Positions 1 through 8,766 of a stretch of 64,000 bases of DNA are shown here, piece by piece (the stretch's first letter is position 1; every line of letters begins with the position of its first letter). The stretch is from a virus. The position numbers and the translations under genes were made by a program. The notes under the pieces were generated by a model. The model made no database searches, was not told the DNA's origin, and saw only the letters and a program-made list of their open reading frames with translations. The DNA lies in IMG/VR virus record IMGVR_UViG_3300021142_001794, positions 3,958 to 67,957 of that record. One strand, given 5' to 3'.

Positions 1-1
1 T

Positions 2-322
2 TTATTTTCTGTCAAATCTGGTTACGTTGGAAATAGTATGATTAGGGATTTTTGCCACGTTGTAAATAAAGAAGATGCCGCAATAGGAATATTTATAACG
101 TTAGAAAAACCGACCGCACCAATGCTAAAAGAAGCAAAAGGTATGGGTAAATATATAAACCCTCTGACACATCAAGAATATTCAAAAGTAGAGATAGTAA
201 CTATTGAAGAAATAATAAATGGTAAATTATTGAATTTGCCTCACGCAATAGAAGTTGTAAAAAAAGCAGAAAAGAAAAAAGCGATTATTGATAACCCAAT
301 GGGATTAGACCTAGATATTTAA
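2..322 (+). CDS. C-terminus of DNA methyltransferase with Mrr-like endonuclease domain (5' part outside window)
   Basis: Frame is open from base 2 (LFSVKSG..MIRDF..AAIGIFITLEKPT..KVEIVTIEE), typical of MTase-Mrr C-termini. Confidence 0.65.
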   Translation, partial: LFSVKSGYVGNSMIRDFCHVVNKEDAAIGIFITLEKPTAPMLKEAKGMGKYINPLTHQEYSKVEIVTIEEIINGKLLNLPHAIEVVKKAEKKKAIIDNPMGLDLDI

Positions 323-329
323 CAACCTA

Positions 330-352
330 GTGTAAACAAGTATATCATTGCC
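330..352 (-). mobile_element. Probable IS1595-family (ISPna2-like) terminal inverted repeat
   Basis: Reads GGCAATGATATACTTGTTTACAC inward; fits the GGCnnTG end pattern; abuts the truncated mom-like gene. Confidence 0.45.
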
Positions 353-797
353 AAAGTTTTATAATGCTACTTATATTCATTTAGGTGTTTATATGAATGG
401 TGTATTAATAGGGATATTGCAGTATGGCTATGCTATGAATCCCGCAAGTTGTGGTTCCGTTGTAAAAGATACCGCTATGGATGAATATTTAGAATTAAGA
501 TGTGGCGGGTTTGGTATAGTGTATCAATCCGCAAATTTTGAATATTATGGGGAACACACATCGGACTTTTATGAGCTTGATGGGGAGGTATTTCATAAGA
601 TACAGTTTACGGTTACACCGAAGGATAAAAGATATAAAGCTGTAAAACATTTAATTGATAGAAAAAACGAAGCTATTATACATAAATTAAGGCAATTTAG
701 ATACATTTATTTTATCAATCAGAAAAGCAAAAAAAACGTATTACTTAAAAAAATGCCATATCCTAAGCATTATAATAATATACTTGCGGAAAGTTGA
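348..797 (+). pseudogene. Mom-like adenine-modification acyltransferase, 5'-truncated with internal deletion
   Basis: YNATYIHLGV..LQYGYAMNPAS..EYLEL and GIVYQSANF motifs; the segment normally between EYLEL and RCG appears absent; no native start. Confidence 0.6.
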
Positions 798-870
798 GTA
801 ATTGAAACCCATACTATTACATACGCACTATTTAGCAAATAGGCTTAGTCACCTGACTAATTAACTTTCC
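787..870 (-). tRNA. tRNA-Ser(GCT)
   Basis: Acceptor GGAAAGT/ACTTTCC, anticodon loop TT-GCT-AA, long variable arm, TTCAATT T-loop. Confidence 0.85.
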
Positions 871-874
871 GTAG

Positions 875-958
875 TGAAGGCAGAATGAATCGAACATTCG
901 CAGCCGAAGCAATTGATTTACAGTCAATCGTAACTAACCAACAGTTAACCTTACCACC
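875..958 (-). tRNA. tRNA-Tyr(GTA)
   Basis: ATTGA-CTGTAAA-TCAAT anticodon arm, long variable arm, GTTCGATTC T-arm; imperfect acceptor. Confidence 0.85.
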
Positions 959-963
959 TTATG

Positions 964-1034
964 CACGAACAATAGGACTCGAACCTATACCTTTGGTTTT
1001 GGAGACCAAAATACTACCATTATACTATGTAGGT
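964..1034 (-). tRNA. tRNA-Trp(CCA)
   Basis: TTGGT-CTCCAAA-ACCAA anticodon arm, ATAGG-TTCGAGT-CCTAT T-arm; two acceptor mismatches. Confidence 0.8.
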
Positions 1035-1039
1035 GTGTG

Positions 1040-1112
1040 CGTCAAAGATTGGGGTCGAACCAATATCTACCGATTTTCAGTCGGCTGCATAGACCAGCTT
1101 TGCTACTTTGAC
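1040..1112 (-). tRNA. tRNA-Phe(GAA)
   Basis: Perfect GTCAAAG/CTTTGAC acceptor, GCCGA-CTGAAAA-TCGGT anticodon arm. Confidence 0.9.
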
Positions 1113-1113
1113 T

Positions 1114-1152
1114 AAAACAAAAAACCCGATTAGAAATTAATCCAATCGGGCT
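1114..1152 (-). terminator. Attenuator intrinsic terminator immediately 5' of the tRNA cluster
   Basis: AGCCCGATTGGA-TTAATT-TCTAATCGGGTT hairpin followed by TTTTGTTTT. Confidence 0.85.
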
Positions 1153-1173
1153 ACAATATCTTTACTAAAGTTA

Positions 1174-1242
1174 TCACATGATAGTCCGATTGGTAATTTT
1201 ATACCAACTAAACGAACTGCAATATGACTTATTTAATTTCAT
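1174..1242 (-). CDS. Leader peptide MKLNKSYCSSFSWYKITNRTIM (attenuator control ORF)
   Basis: 22-codon ORF read by hand; TTT AGT TGG TAT are cognate to the four downstream tRNAs; overlaps the antiterminator strand. Confidence 0.8.
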   Translation of the reverse strand: MKLNKSYCSSFSWYKITNRTIM

Positions 1243-1246
1243 AATG

Positions 1247-1254
1247 CAAATATA
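1247..1254 (-). promoter_or_regulatory. Bacteroidota -7 promoter element for the leader/tRNA operon
   Basis: TATATTTG ending 4 nt before the leader ATG (near-leaderless mRNA). Confidence 0.75.
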
Positions 1255-1279
1255 TAGCAACAATATCAAACAGAAAAAT

Positions 1280-1684
1280 TTATTTCAACTGATTATCTAT
1301 ATCCCTATAATTAATAGGTGTGTATTCATAAACCTTCCAGCCTAATGAAGTTGCAAGGTTTACCTTCTCTCTATCTTTGGAATAGCCGCCGACTGTTGTA
1401 TGCCTACTCTTTGTACTAAAGATACCATTATATTCAAATACCAGCATTAATTCTTTAATAGCCCAATCGAATCTAAACTTACGGGCTTCATGGAAACGAT
1501 GTTCCCTAAGTAGCTTATAGCCGTTTTTATTGCAGTATTCAGTCAACACTTGCTCTATATAGGACTTGTATTTACATAGTTTTTTAGGCTGCTTAACCTT
1601 CTTTAAAGGCTTATCTAGTAAAGGCTGATTAATAGCCGCTACTGCGCTTGATTTTAGTAATATCTGGAGTTGGGTGGTGGTCAT
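1280..1684 (-). CDS. Vsr/DUF559-like PD-(D/E)XK endonuclease
   Basis: EHRFH..RKFRFDWA..FEYNG..SRH..KDREKVN..GWKV. Confidence 0.75.
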   Translation of the reverse strand: MTTTQLQILLKSSAVAAINQPLLDKPLKKVKQPKKLCKYKSYIEQVLTEYCNKNGYKLLREHRFHEARKFRFDWAIKELMLVFEYNGIFSTKSRHTTVGGYSKDREKVNLATSLGWKVYEYTPINYRDIDNQLK

Positions 1685-1700
1685 GTTAGAAAAGGGATTG

Positions 1701-2159
1701 TTAATTGATACTCACTTTAGCTTTCAACCTTTCAATTTTACTCTTTAGGTTTTTATTTTCTTCACGCAACTTTTTATTGGCTTTCTTCTGTTTTGCATAT
1801 TCTACCTTTAACCTATCAAGCTGCTGAATAACATCTTCCAAATCGAAACTATTTAAAGAATCCAACTCAAAATGTGATTTCAACGCCTCTAAATCATTGA
1901 TAATAACCGGGTCTTCAATATCAATTAATGAAGTAACTAAATCTTTACTATGTATAACGGTCGAGTGGTCTCTATTGCCTATTGTCTTACCTAAATCATT
2001 ACATGAAAAACGGTAATAAATTCGCCCTACATAGCAATAATACTGCCTAATTTTAACCAATTCCCTTTTTCTGCAATTCCCTTTTATTTCCGATAAATTA
2101 GCATCCATCAAGGTACAAATCTCTTTAAGTAGTTGTTCTGTCGTTGTGATAAATTTCAT
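1701..2159 (-). CDS. DnaA C-terminal-like HTH DNA-binding protein
   Basis: RKRELVKIRQ..GNRDHSTVIHS motif plus C-terminal coiled coil. Confidence 0.8.
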   Translation of the reverse strand: MKFITTTEQLLKEICTLMDANLSEIKGNCRKRELVKIRQYYCYVGRIYYRFSCNDLGKTIGNRDHSTVIHSKDLVTSLIDIEDPVIINDLEALKSHFELDSLNSFDLEDVIQQLDRLKVEYAKQKKANKKLREENKNLKSKIERLKAKVSIN

Positions 2160-2181
2160 AATACTATTTTTAAAGTGTCAA

Positions 2182-4140
2182 TTAAAATGGCGGAATTTCG
2201 TCCGATAAATCCTGTATAAAAAATTTACCTTGTTCTAAATCCTTATCTGGTACGCTATAATATTCTTTTGCTGTCATAGGTTTATTAGCTTCTGTTGTAG
2301 CGTATTGGCTAAGGTATTGCCTTGTTTGGGTATCGTAGTAAAATTGTCTGATACCTACTTTTCCCAACCAATAGAATTTTACTTTTTGAATATGTATTTC
2401 CGTGATACCCGTGTCAAAATGTCTGTAAATACTTAACCCATTATGCGCTTTGTTCGCAAAATGCACTGAACCGCTAATATTCTGCAATGTAGGCACTTCA
2501 TATAATCCGTTTGCATTTTTTGGCATCTTGGTCGGGTGGGCAACTAAAAATACATGAAGATTATATTTTTTAGCGAAAGAAGTAATCTTGCTAAGGAACA
2601 AACTTACATAATTTGTTTCTGGCATACCATTAGGAACATTGTGTTCAAAACAGTTATAAGGGGAAAGAACAACTACGTTTATTCCATATCTAAAAACCAT
2701 TTCTACACACTTTTGTAAAACAGATTCAATCTTGGTATCGATAGCATCTACATTTATAAACTTAAAATAATCTTTAACAAATACAAGACCTTCATCAAAT
2801 TGAGTTAAGTCCATCCTATTTTTAGGATTCTTTCTAAAATCAAATGCTTTACGGGTTCGCTTTTCTAAAATCTTACTTGCGGTAATTTCTGTGTTTTCTT
2901 CAAATTGGCATATAGCTGTTTTCCATCCATATTTTTCAGCTAAACCTACGCAAATATTATTTACTACTTCATCCTTGCCATGCCCATTTATCCCAGTTAC
3001 AACTGTTAATTGTTGCGGAATAAAGGTAAGATAACCTTCTTTGTCATCATTGGTATAATCTAGCATCCCAGATTCAGCACCTTTAGGATAACCATTTAGG
3101 TAATAATCGGTAAGCAATGGCTTAATATCATCCATCGTGCTTTCACCTTCCAAAGGATACAACTTAGCATTGTTCTTTAAGTCTAATACCGCCTGTTTGC
3201 CAAGATATACCAAAACCTCATTTGGGTCTTTACAAGGTTTATAACCAGTTACTTCACCTTCTTCATTACAGATAGGAACTATTAAATCAGTAGGATATTG
3301 CGCTATGTAGCATCGTTCCTTACCTAATCTCCTACTTAGTTCTTCGCACAATCTACGCCCTGCATCATCATTATCGGTACAAATGTAGATTCGTTTCTTG
3401 CACTCAAAGTATTCGTAGCAGTTATCTAAATACTCCAGCTTTACATTGCCTTTTACATTTGCACCATTTGGAACGGACACCGCCGTATATTCGCCACATT
3501 CGTAAAAAGTGTGCGCCTCCTCTTCGCCTTCGCAAATTAGGCACTCTTCTGTACCTTCAATGGCGTCTATATTATAGAATATTAGCTTTGCATCTTTAGC
3601 TAATTTAAAGTCTTTGTTTGCACCCCTAAACTTAATATTGACAAGTTCCCCGTTCTGATAGTAGTTATAATTAATAGTTGTAATTTCACGCTTCGCCTTT
3701 GGCATCCATTCGATAGACTGTGTCACGTTAAACCTAAGAAGTGTGTTATTGCTTATATGCCTTTTTTTCTCATAGCGTTCAATTATCTGTGGGCTTAATT
3801 TTTCAAGTCGTGGTACAGGTTTTTCATATTGCTTTTTACTTTCATTCATTATCTCGTCCACATTGATATTGTACTTTGCCGCCAACAACTTTACCGATTC
3901 TATAAATGTGATTTTTTTGTGTTCTTTAATAAAATCTATTGCATCCCCAGACACGCCGCACCCAAAACATTTGTAAAAATTTCCCGATGGATTAACTTTA
4001 AAACTAGGGGTTTTTTCGTTATGGAACGGACACAAACCAACATAATCAGCACCTTCTTTTTTAAGATTGATATATTCGCTTATTACATCGTAAACACTTG
4101 CCCTATCCTTAACCGCTTGAATCGTTCTTGCACTTATCAT
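2182..4140 (-). CDS. Bifunctional DNA primase-helicase (CHC2 Zn finger, TOPRIM, Twinkle-like SF4 helicase)
   Basis: CPFH..CFGC; CEGE..DNDDAG; GINGHGK; LVAHPTK; ISGS..F. Confidence 0.9.
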   Translation of the reverse strand: MISARTIQAVKDRASVYDVISEYINLKKEGADYVGLCPFHNEKTPSFKVNPSGNFYKCFGCGVSGDAIDFIKEHKKITFIESVKLLAAKYNINVDEIMNESKKQYEKPVPRLEKLSPQIIERYEKKRHISNNTLLRFNVTQSIEWMPKAKREITTINYNYYQNGELVNIKFRGANKDFKLAKDAKLIFYNIDAIEGTEECLICEGEEEAHTFYECGEYTAVSVPNGANVKGNVKLEYLDNCYEYFECKKRIYICTDNDDAGRRLCEELSRRLGKERCYIAQYPTDLIVPICNEEGEVTGYKPCKDPNEVLVYLGKQAVLDLKNNAKLYPLEGESTMDDIKPLLTDYYLNGYPKGAESGMLDYTNDDKEGYLTFIPQQLTVVTGINGHGKDEVVNNICVGLAEKYGWKTAICQFEENTEITASKILEKRTRKAFDFRKNPKNRMDLTQFDEGLVFVKDYFKFINVDAIDTKIESVLQKCVEMVFRYGINVVVLSPYNCFEHNVPNGMPETNYVSLFLSKITSFAKKYNLHVFLVAHPTKMPKNANGLYEVPTLQNISGSVHFANKAHNGLSIYRHFDTGITEIHIQKVKFYWLGKVGIRQFYYDTQTRQYLSQYATTEANKPMTAKEYYSVPDKDLEQGKFFIQDLSDEIPPF

Positions 4141-4385
4141 ATTACGAGCTTTCTTTCATTTGCCATTGTCGTCTTATTGTTCCATCCTGATATATACCTA
4201 CTTGCTAATGGAGTGAAGTTTACTATTGGAGAGCCTTTAAAAAACCATCCAGTTACTTCATTGTTTTCGTAAAATTTAATGGCTTGTTGTTCCGTTCCGC
4301 CTAATGACCTAAACACTTCTTTTACCTTGTCTAATGTTGGGATATTTGGTTTCCTAAATAAATTGCTGTGAGATAAGTCGTACAT
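4137..4385 (-). CDS. Small phage replication-associated protein
   Basis: PTLDKV..AIKFY..GW..PIVN pattern; coupled to the primase. Confidence 0.5.
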   Translation of the reverse strand: MYDLSHSNLFRKPNIPTLDKVKEVFRSLGGTEQQAIKFYENNEVTGWFFKGSPIVNFTPLASRYISGWNNKTTMANERKLVI

Positions 4386-4399
4386 AATAAAAGAGGTTA

Positions 4400-4431
4400 A
4401 AAAAGCCTACACTTATTATCGTATAGGCTTG
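4400..4431 (-). terminator. Intrinsic terminator
   Basis: AAAGCCTA..TAGGCTTT hairpin with T-run on minus. Confidence 0.55.
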
Positions 4432-4460
4432 TTATTATTAATGTAATTGGGCTTACAAAG

Positions 4461-4808
4461 TTAGGGTAAATCAATCTTACCTTTAAAAAGAAATACGAGC
4501 CTTTTGTAAAAAGATAGTTGACTTAAATTTGAAATAGTTTCTTGCAATTTAAAACTTCTTTCTTGTACTTGTTTTTTTTCTTTTTCTATAATTTTAATCA
4601 CCTCTTTGTTTTTATCTATTAATTGTTTGACTTTTTTAAACACCTCACTTTCCCAATCGCCAGATAATTCAATATAAAATGTTACAGGAGAATAAGGATT
4701 AGAATATGAATTTTGGGTAAGAACTTTTAAGCAAGGTGTTTTTAATTCTTTTTCTATATCTAATAATCTTTTATACTCAACATAATTGAGTGTTATTGTC
4801 GCTTCCAT
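4461..4808 (-). CDS. Hypothetical protein
   Basis: ORF in the minus-strand early operon. Confidence 0.6.
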   Translation of the reverse strand: MEATITLNYVEYKRLLDIEKELKTPCLKVLTQNSYSNPYSPVTFYIELSGDWESEVFKKVKQLIDKNKEVIKIIEKEKKQVQERSFKLQETISNLSQLSFYKRLVFLFKGKIDLP

Positions 4809-4846
4809 TATACTTTCGGTCGTGAAGTGACCTTACTTTTTACTTT

Positions 4847-5581
4847 TTAATCTGGCATAAATTCACCTACTTTTTTATAGATGCCATTATCTATTGGTAG
4901 GTTGCGCTTAAGTGTAGGTGTTTCGCTACCTTGCTCTAACCGTTCAAGCCTATCTTCCAATGCCTTAACCCTATCTTCAAGTGGGTTCGGCTTTTCAACG
5001 TGTATGGATGATGTTTCGGGGGGGAGTTCTATCCAAATGCCTTTTTCAAAAAATCTGTTAACGTTAAAATCTTCAACCTTGCAACTGCCAGTTCTACTAT
5101 AAGGATAATTAATAGTATAAATTCCGTTTTCAAGTTTTACAATAATCCCACCATCAAACGGCATTCCATCCTTATGCTCAAACCTCACCCCCGTATAGTC
5201 ACGTTGTTCCCATTGTTCTGTGGGTCTAGTAATTGATAGGTACTCGGATTTGGTGACTTCTTGTAAATCTTCAAAGGGAAGAGCCCACCCATTAAACCCG
5301 TTATTAATATTTGATTTGTCATAAGCTAAATATTTGGGCATAATATTACTCCAATGACAATATTTATCTAATTTTTTCCTTACGTCTTGCCAAACCTCCT
5401 CAAACGCCTCACAATACCATCCATTAGGATAACGCTCGTTTACAAGTTCGATAGGGTGTTTAGTAGGTGGGGCTTCTTTATTTTCATGCTCCTCAAAATC
5501 ATCTAATAATTCTTTCATTCTATCCTCACTAATTCCCCATAAGGACACACTTAAATACTTTGCTAACTTTTCGTTGTTCAT
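4847..5581 (-). CDS. Hypothetical protein (shares a module with 9038-9787)
   Basis: RDYTGVRF..FEKGIWIE resembles RNWTGIRF..FLKGTWIE. Confidence 0.6.
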   Translation of the reverse strand: MNNEKLAKYLSVSLWGISEDRMKELLDDFEEHENKEAPPTKHPIELVNERYPNGWYCEAFEEVWQDVRKKLDKYCHWSNIMPKYLAYDKSNINNGFNGWALPFEDLQEVTKSEYLSITRPTEQWEQRDYTGVRFEHKDGMPFDGGIIVKLENGIYTINYPYSRTGSCKVEDFNVNRFFEKGIWIELPPETSSIHVEKPNPLEDRVKALEDRLERLEQGSETPTLKRNLPIDNGIYKKVGEFMPD

Positions 5582-5609
5582 AATTTTACCCTTTACTTAT
5601 TATTGTCGC

Positions 5610-5777
5610 TCAAATTTCCGCATCATATTCGGCGACTAAAGTATGTGCTAGTTTATTCAATGGCTTTAGTAATTCTGCAGGAGTATCAATGTTGATTATT
5701 TCCCTTATCGTTTCTTTGAATAAGGGATGGTTAAAACCACATTGCAACTTTATAGCCCAATCGAAGTTAGTCCGCAT
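5610..5777 (-). CDS. Hypothetical protein
   Basis: ATG at 5777 avoids overlap with the upstream ORF. Confidence 0.45.
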   Translation of the reverse strand: MRTNFDWAIKLQCGFNHPLFKETIREIINIDTPAELLKPLNKLAHTLVAEYDAEI

Positions 5778-5787
5778 TACACGGGCT

Positions 5788-5982
5788 TTATCGTGGTAAA
5801 TCTGGTACAAATCGCTGCCTATTGTAGTATTCTGATTCACGTTTTTCAATTTCTTCTGGTGAATAAAGTTTGCTTAGTTCAATCTTAGCAGCCCACGAAC
5901 TTGTAGGCTGCTTTAATTTTCGTCCTGTTCCCGTTTCATCAATGTAACTACTGATAACTTCTTCTTGGCGTAATTGTTCCAT
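5788..5982 (-). CDS. Hypothetical protein
   Basis: Abuts the recombinase gene. Confidence 0.55.
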   Translation of the reverse strand: MEQLRQEEVISSYIDETGTGRKLKQPTSSWAAKIELSKLYSPEEIEKRESEYYNRQRFVPDLPR

Positions 5983-5984
5983 GA

Positions 5985-6740
5985 TTATACGGGTTGTGAT
6001 GCTGCCTCTACTTCTGCAAGTTGTGATTCAGTAAGTTCGCATTCAGTTGTAAGAAAAGTGTAAAAGCTAACTTCGCTATTTGGAAGATTTGCGCCTATTT
6101 TTACCCCTTCAAGTGCTTGTTGATACTTCGCTGCTGTGAGTTTCTTTTTGGTGGGTAATTGGGGTTGCTTTGCTGTTTCTAAGGGTGTATATGGTATATC
6201 TTCGGTGGTAGGAAGTTCTTCCGATGTGTAAGGCAAACCACCTAATTCATCATTGAAACACAACCTAAAACCTTGCGCCATTGCAACCTTTTTAATCATT
6301 GTTTCGGACTTTTGCCAAAACTTATTTAAGTTCCCATCTTTTAGTTGCATGTATTCCGTAAACTTAACCTCCCAAACAAATGGCTTTGAGCGGTCTTTTC
6401 TGTAAATGGTTATAATAGCCTTTAATGTGCTTTCACGCAAAATTGGCTTAATCTCACCTTCGGTTTTAACTTCCCAACCGTCCAACAAACCACTTCTTTC
6501 AGCACGTTTAATGTAAACCTCGTATCCGGTGATGATACTAGCAGGCTGCCCACCGTACTTACTAACATAAATTTCACGCTTGAAAGGGTTAAGGTTAAAA
6601 GCCTTTGCAATCGAAATGAAAGTCTTTTGTTCACCTTCGGTTAAATCTTTCATTAACCCTAAATTGTTAAGATGGCTTATTAATTCAGCATCCGTAACTG
6701 TTGCCACTTCATTTGTGTGCTTTGTAATTTCTTTACTCAT
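5985..6740 (-). CDS. bet: Phage single-strand annealing recombinase (Bet/RecT family)
   Basis: LNPFKREIY..ITGYEVY..W..TMIKKVA.AQ.FR..F..LGG.Y.SEEL. Confidence 0.85.
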   Translation of the reverse strand: MSKEITKHTNEVATVTDAELISHLNNLGLMKDLTEGEQKTFISIAKAFNLNPFKREIYVSKYGGQPASIITGYEVYIKRAERSGLLDGWEVKTEGEIKPILRESTLKAIITIYRKDRSKPFVWEVKFTEYMQLKDGNLNKFWQKSETMIKKVAMAQGFRLCFNDELGGLPYTSEELPTTEDIPYTPLETAKQPQLPTKKKLTAAKYQQALEGVKIGANLPNSEVSFYTFLTTECELTESQLAEVEAASQPV

Positions 6741-6884
6741 TTTTCTATTTTTTATGTGATTAAAAACTATTCCCTAATAGCAATATCGCTATACATAGTG
6801 CCACTATCAGTATCGTCTGTATTGCTGGTGGCGGTTTAAGCTGTGTGCGGGCTTCTGTGATGATTAAAGTAAGTTTCTGCTTCA

Positions 6885-7148
6885 TTATTTAAGCATTTGG
6901 ATTAATTCAAGTGTAGTAGTGGTTGGCATAAATTGAAAACAAAAACTATCGCCACTGTTAATCCATAGCTTAAATTTACGCTTAATTTTAGCAAGCCTAC
7001 CGCCTTTGCGAATATCTTTGAACTTAGCAAATTCGCCGCTACTGTGACTAATAATTGCAACGTCACTTGTAGAGTAAGTGCCAATGCTAACATCAAACCC
7101 TTTGCACCTAATTAATGTCTTAGGTTTAATTTCAATTGTATTTTTCAT
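6885..7148 (-). CDS. Hypothetical protein
   Basis: ORF with A-rich start context. Confidence 0.55.
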   Translation of the reverse strand: MKNTIEIKPKTLIRCKGFDVSIGTYSTSDVAIISHSSGEFAKFKDIRKGGRLAKIKRKFKLWINSGDSFCFQFMPTTTTLELIQMLK

Positions 7149-7194
7149 TTTTTCTAAATTTATGGGCGGTTGTTAGCCGCCCTGTGTGAATAAA

Positions 7195-7392
7195 TTAAGA
7201 ATTTTTTAATTGTTTAATCAATCTGCCATTAATAGCCATTAAATCACTTCTAAAATAATACCCGTGTAGAGATTTATCTCTTTTGCCATCGGTGTAACCA
7301 TAGCAATAAATTTCTACCAAAGTTCTGTCATTGGTTAGTAGTAAGTACTGATTGCTTTTTAGGGCTACTGTTGTGAATTTTACTTTTTTCAT
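7195..7392 (-). CDS. Hypothetical protein
   Basis: First ORF after the promoter at 7419-7426. Confidence 0.6.
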   Translation of the reverse strand: MKKVKFTTVALKSNQYLLLTNDRTLVEIYCYGYTDGKRDKSLHGYYFRSDLMAINGRLIKQLKNS

Positions 7393-7418
7393 TTTTTCTA
7401 TTTTTTAATTTGATACAG

Positions 7419-7426
7419 CAAAGATA
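7419..7426 (-). promoter_or_regulatory. -7 promoter element
   Basis: TATCTTTG in an intergenic gap. Confidence 0.65.
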
Positions 7427-7460
7427 TGTATTAAATGAATACAAATAATAGAAATAAATG

Positions 7461-7652
7461 TTAAAGTTTTGTTAAAACGTTTTCTACTGCATTATAACCC
7501 TGCTTCCATAGTGCTACCTTATCCTTTACCATAGCCACAATCTCGCTATGAATATTCTCCGGCACTCTTACGCCTACTGCTTTGGTCTTATACGGCAACT
7601 TCGGCTTATTTCCCCCGAACTTATGCCCCTTTGGGAATGTGTGTTTGCTCAT
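7461..7652 (-). CDS. Small basic protein, possible ribbon-helix-helix
   Basis: TKAVGVRVPE..HSEI pattern. Confidence 0.5.
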   Translation of the reverse strand: MSKHTFPKGHKFGGNKPKLPYKTKAVGVRVPENIHSEIVAMVKDKVALWKQGYNAVENVLTKL

Positions 7653-8177
7653 TTAAAATAATTTAGTTTGTATCTTTCTTTCTACTGTTACTATCGTGTC
7701 GTTTTTGCTGCCACCATGAGGTACTAATAATATTTCTACCATTTCAAATCCTCTTTTTAATCCGATACCATTACTATTCCAGCCACAAATAATACAGATA
7801 CCATTTGGCTTTAATATACGAGCGACTTCGCTTTTGCACCTCCTCCAATAAGTCATATTGGTAACGCTATGGGATAATTTGTCTTTTCCATAATCATTAT
7901 AACATTGCGCAGCTTGAGTAATAGAATAAGGTGGGTCATAAAGAACCGTGTCAGCACTATTTGTTTCCATTAGTTTTAAAAAAGATAAGCCATCCAAATG
8001 ATAATCAGTATTCATGTCTGGGTTTAAATCATTAGTTATTGTTCCATATTTGCTATTATTTGCAAATGGGTCAACTACAATATCCCCCTGTTTAATATAC
8101 CTAAGTAACAAAGACTTAATAGGCAGTATGCCAAAGGTTAACGAATTAGGCATAGCCCATATTCTATTGATTATCAT
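7653..8177 (-). CDS. DNA adenine methyltransferase
   Basis: VVDPFA and YDPPY motifs. Confidence 0.85.
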   Translation of the reverse strand: MIINRIWAMPNSLTFGILPIKSLLLRYIKQGDIVVDPFANNSKYGTITNDLNPDMNTDYHLDGLSFLKLMETNSADTVLYDPPYSITQAAQCYNDYGKDKLSHSVTNMTYWRRCKSEVARILKPNGICIICGWNSNGIGLKRGFEMVEILLVPHGGSKNDTIVTVERKIQTKLF

Positions 8178-8397
8178 AAAATAATTTTTTAATTTACTCC
8201 ATCCATAGACATTACCGCCGTGAGGGATTGCTGATGAAAAATATATGTGTAAAGTGGATACCGCAACATATAGAGTTAAGTCACTTCACACCTTACATAA
8301 TAAGTTTAAGAACTATTCCACCCTTTCAGCCGTTAAATAGCATTTAATGTCGTAAAATATTATTAGCAAGATAATCATTAGTATCATATTAGGGGGT

Positions 8398-8766
8398 TTA
8401 GTCGTGAATATTACCTATTACTTCACATTTAGCTGGGTCGGTAGATTCGCCAAACCAATGAGAAAAAGACCTTCCGTTCCTATCTAAACAGAATGATGCA
8501 AACTTTATATTCCAACTAACCACCATTGGCTTATCGGATTCTGTTTTAACAATATCCCCCTCAAATATTTTATTACCATTTTTATCAAGCAAGCCTGTGA
8601 ATTGTCCAATCGTAGGGCTAAAAACAGGATATTCTTTTTGTATATCAGTAAACATATCAAAAACAGATATGTAGCAACCTTGTGGGTAATTATGAATTAA
8701 ACTACCATAAATCCATTCTTTGTCTTTATTAAGCAAACTTTTACCTCTAAATAATATCTCTCTCAT
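8398..8766 (-). CDS. YopX-family phage protein
   Basis: MREILFRGK..GQFTGLLDKNG.KIFEGDIV..EVIGNIHD. Confidence 0.9.
   Translation of the reverse strand: MREILFRGKSLLNKDKEWIYGSLIHNYPQGCYISVFDMFTDIQKEYPVFSPTIGQFTGLLDKNGNKIFEGDIVKTESDKPMVVSWNIKFASFCLDRNGRSFSHWFGESTDPAKCEVIGNIHD

Noticed and set aside
885-1115. 76-aa plus-strand ORF
   Set aside because: Antisense shadow of three tRNA genes.
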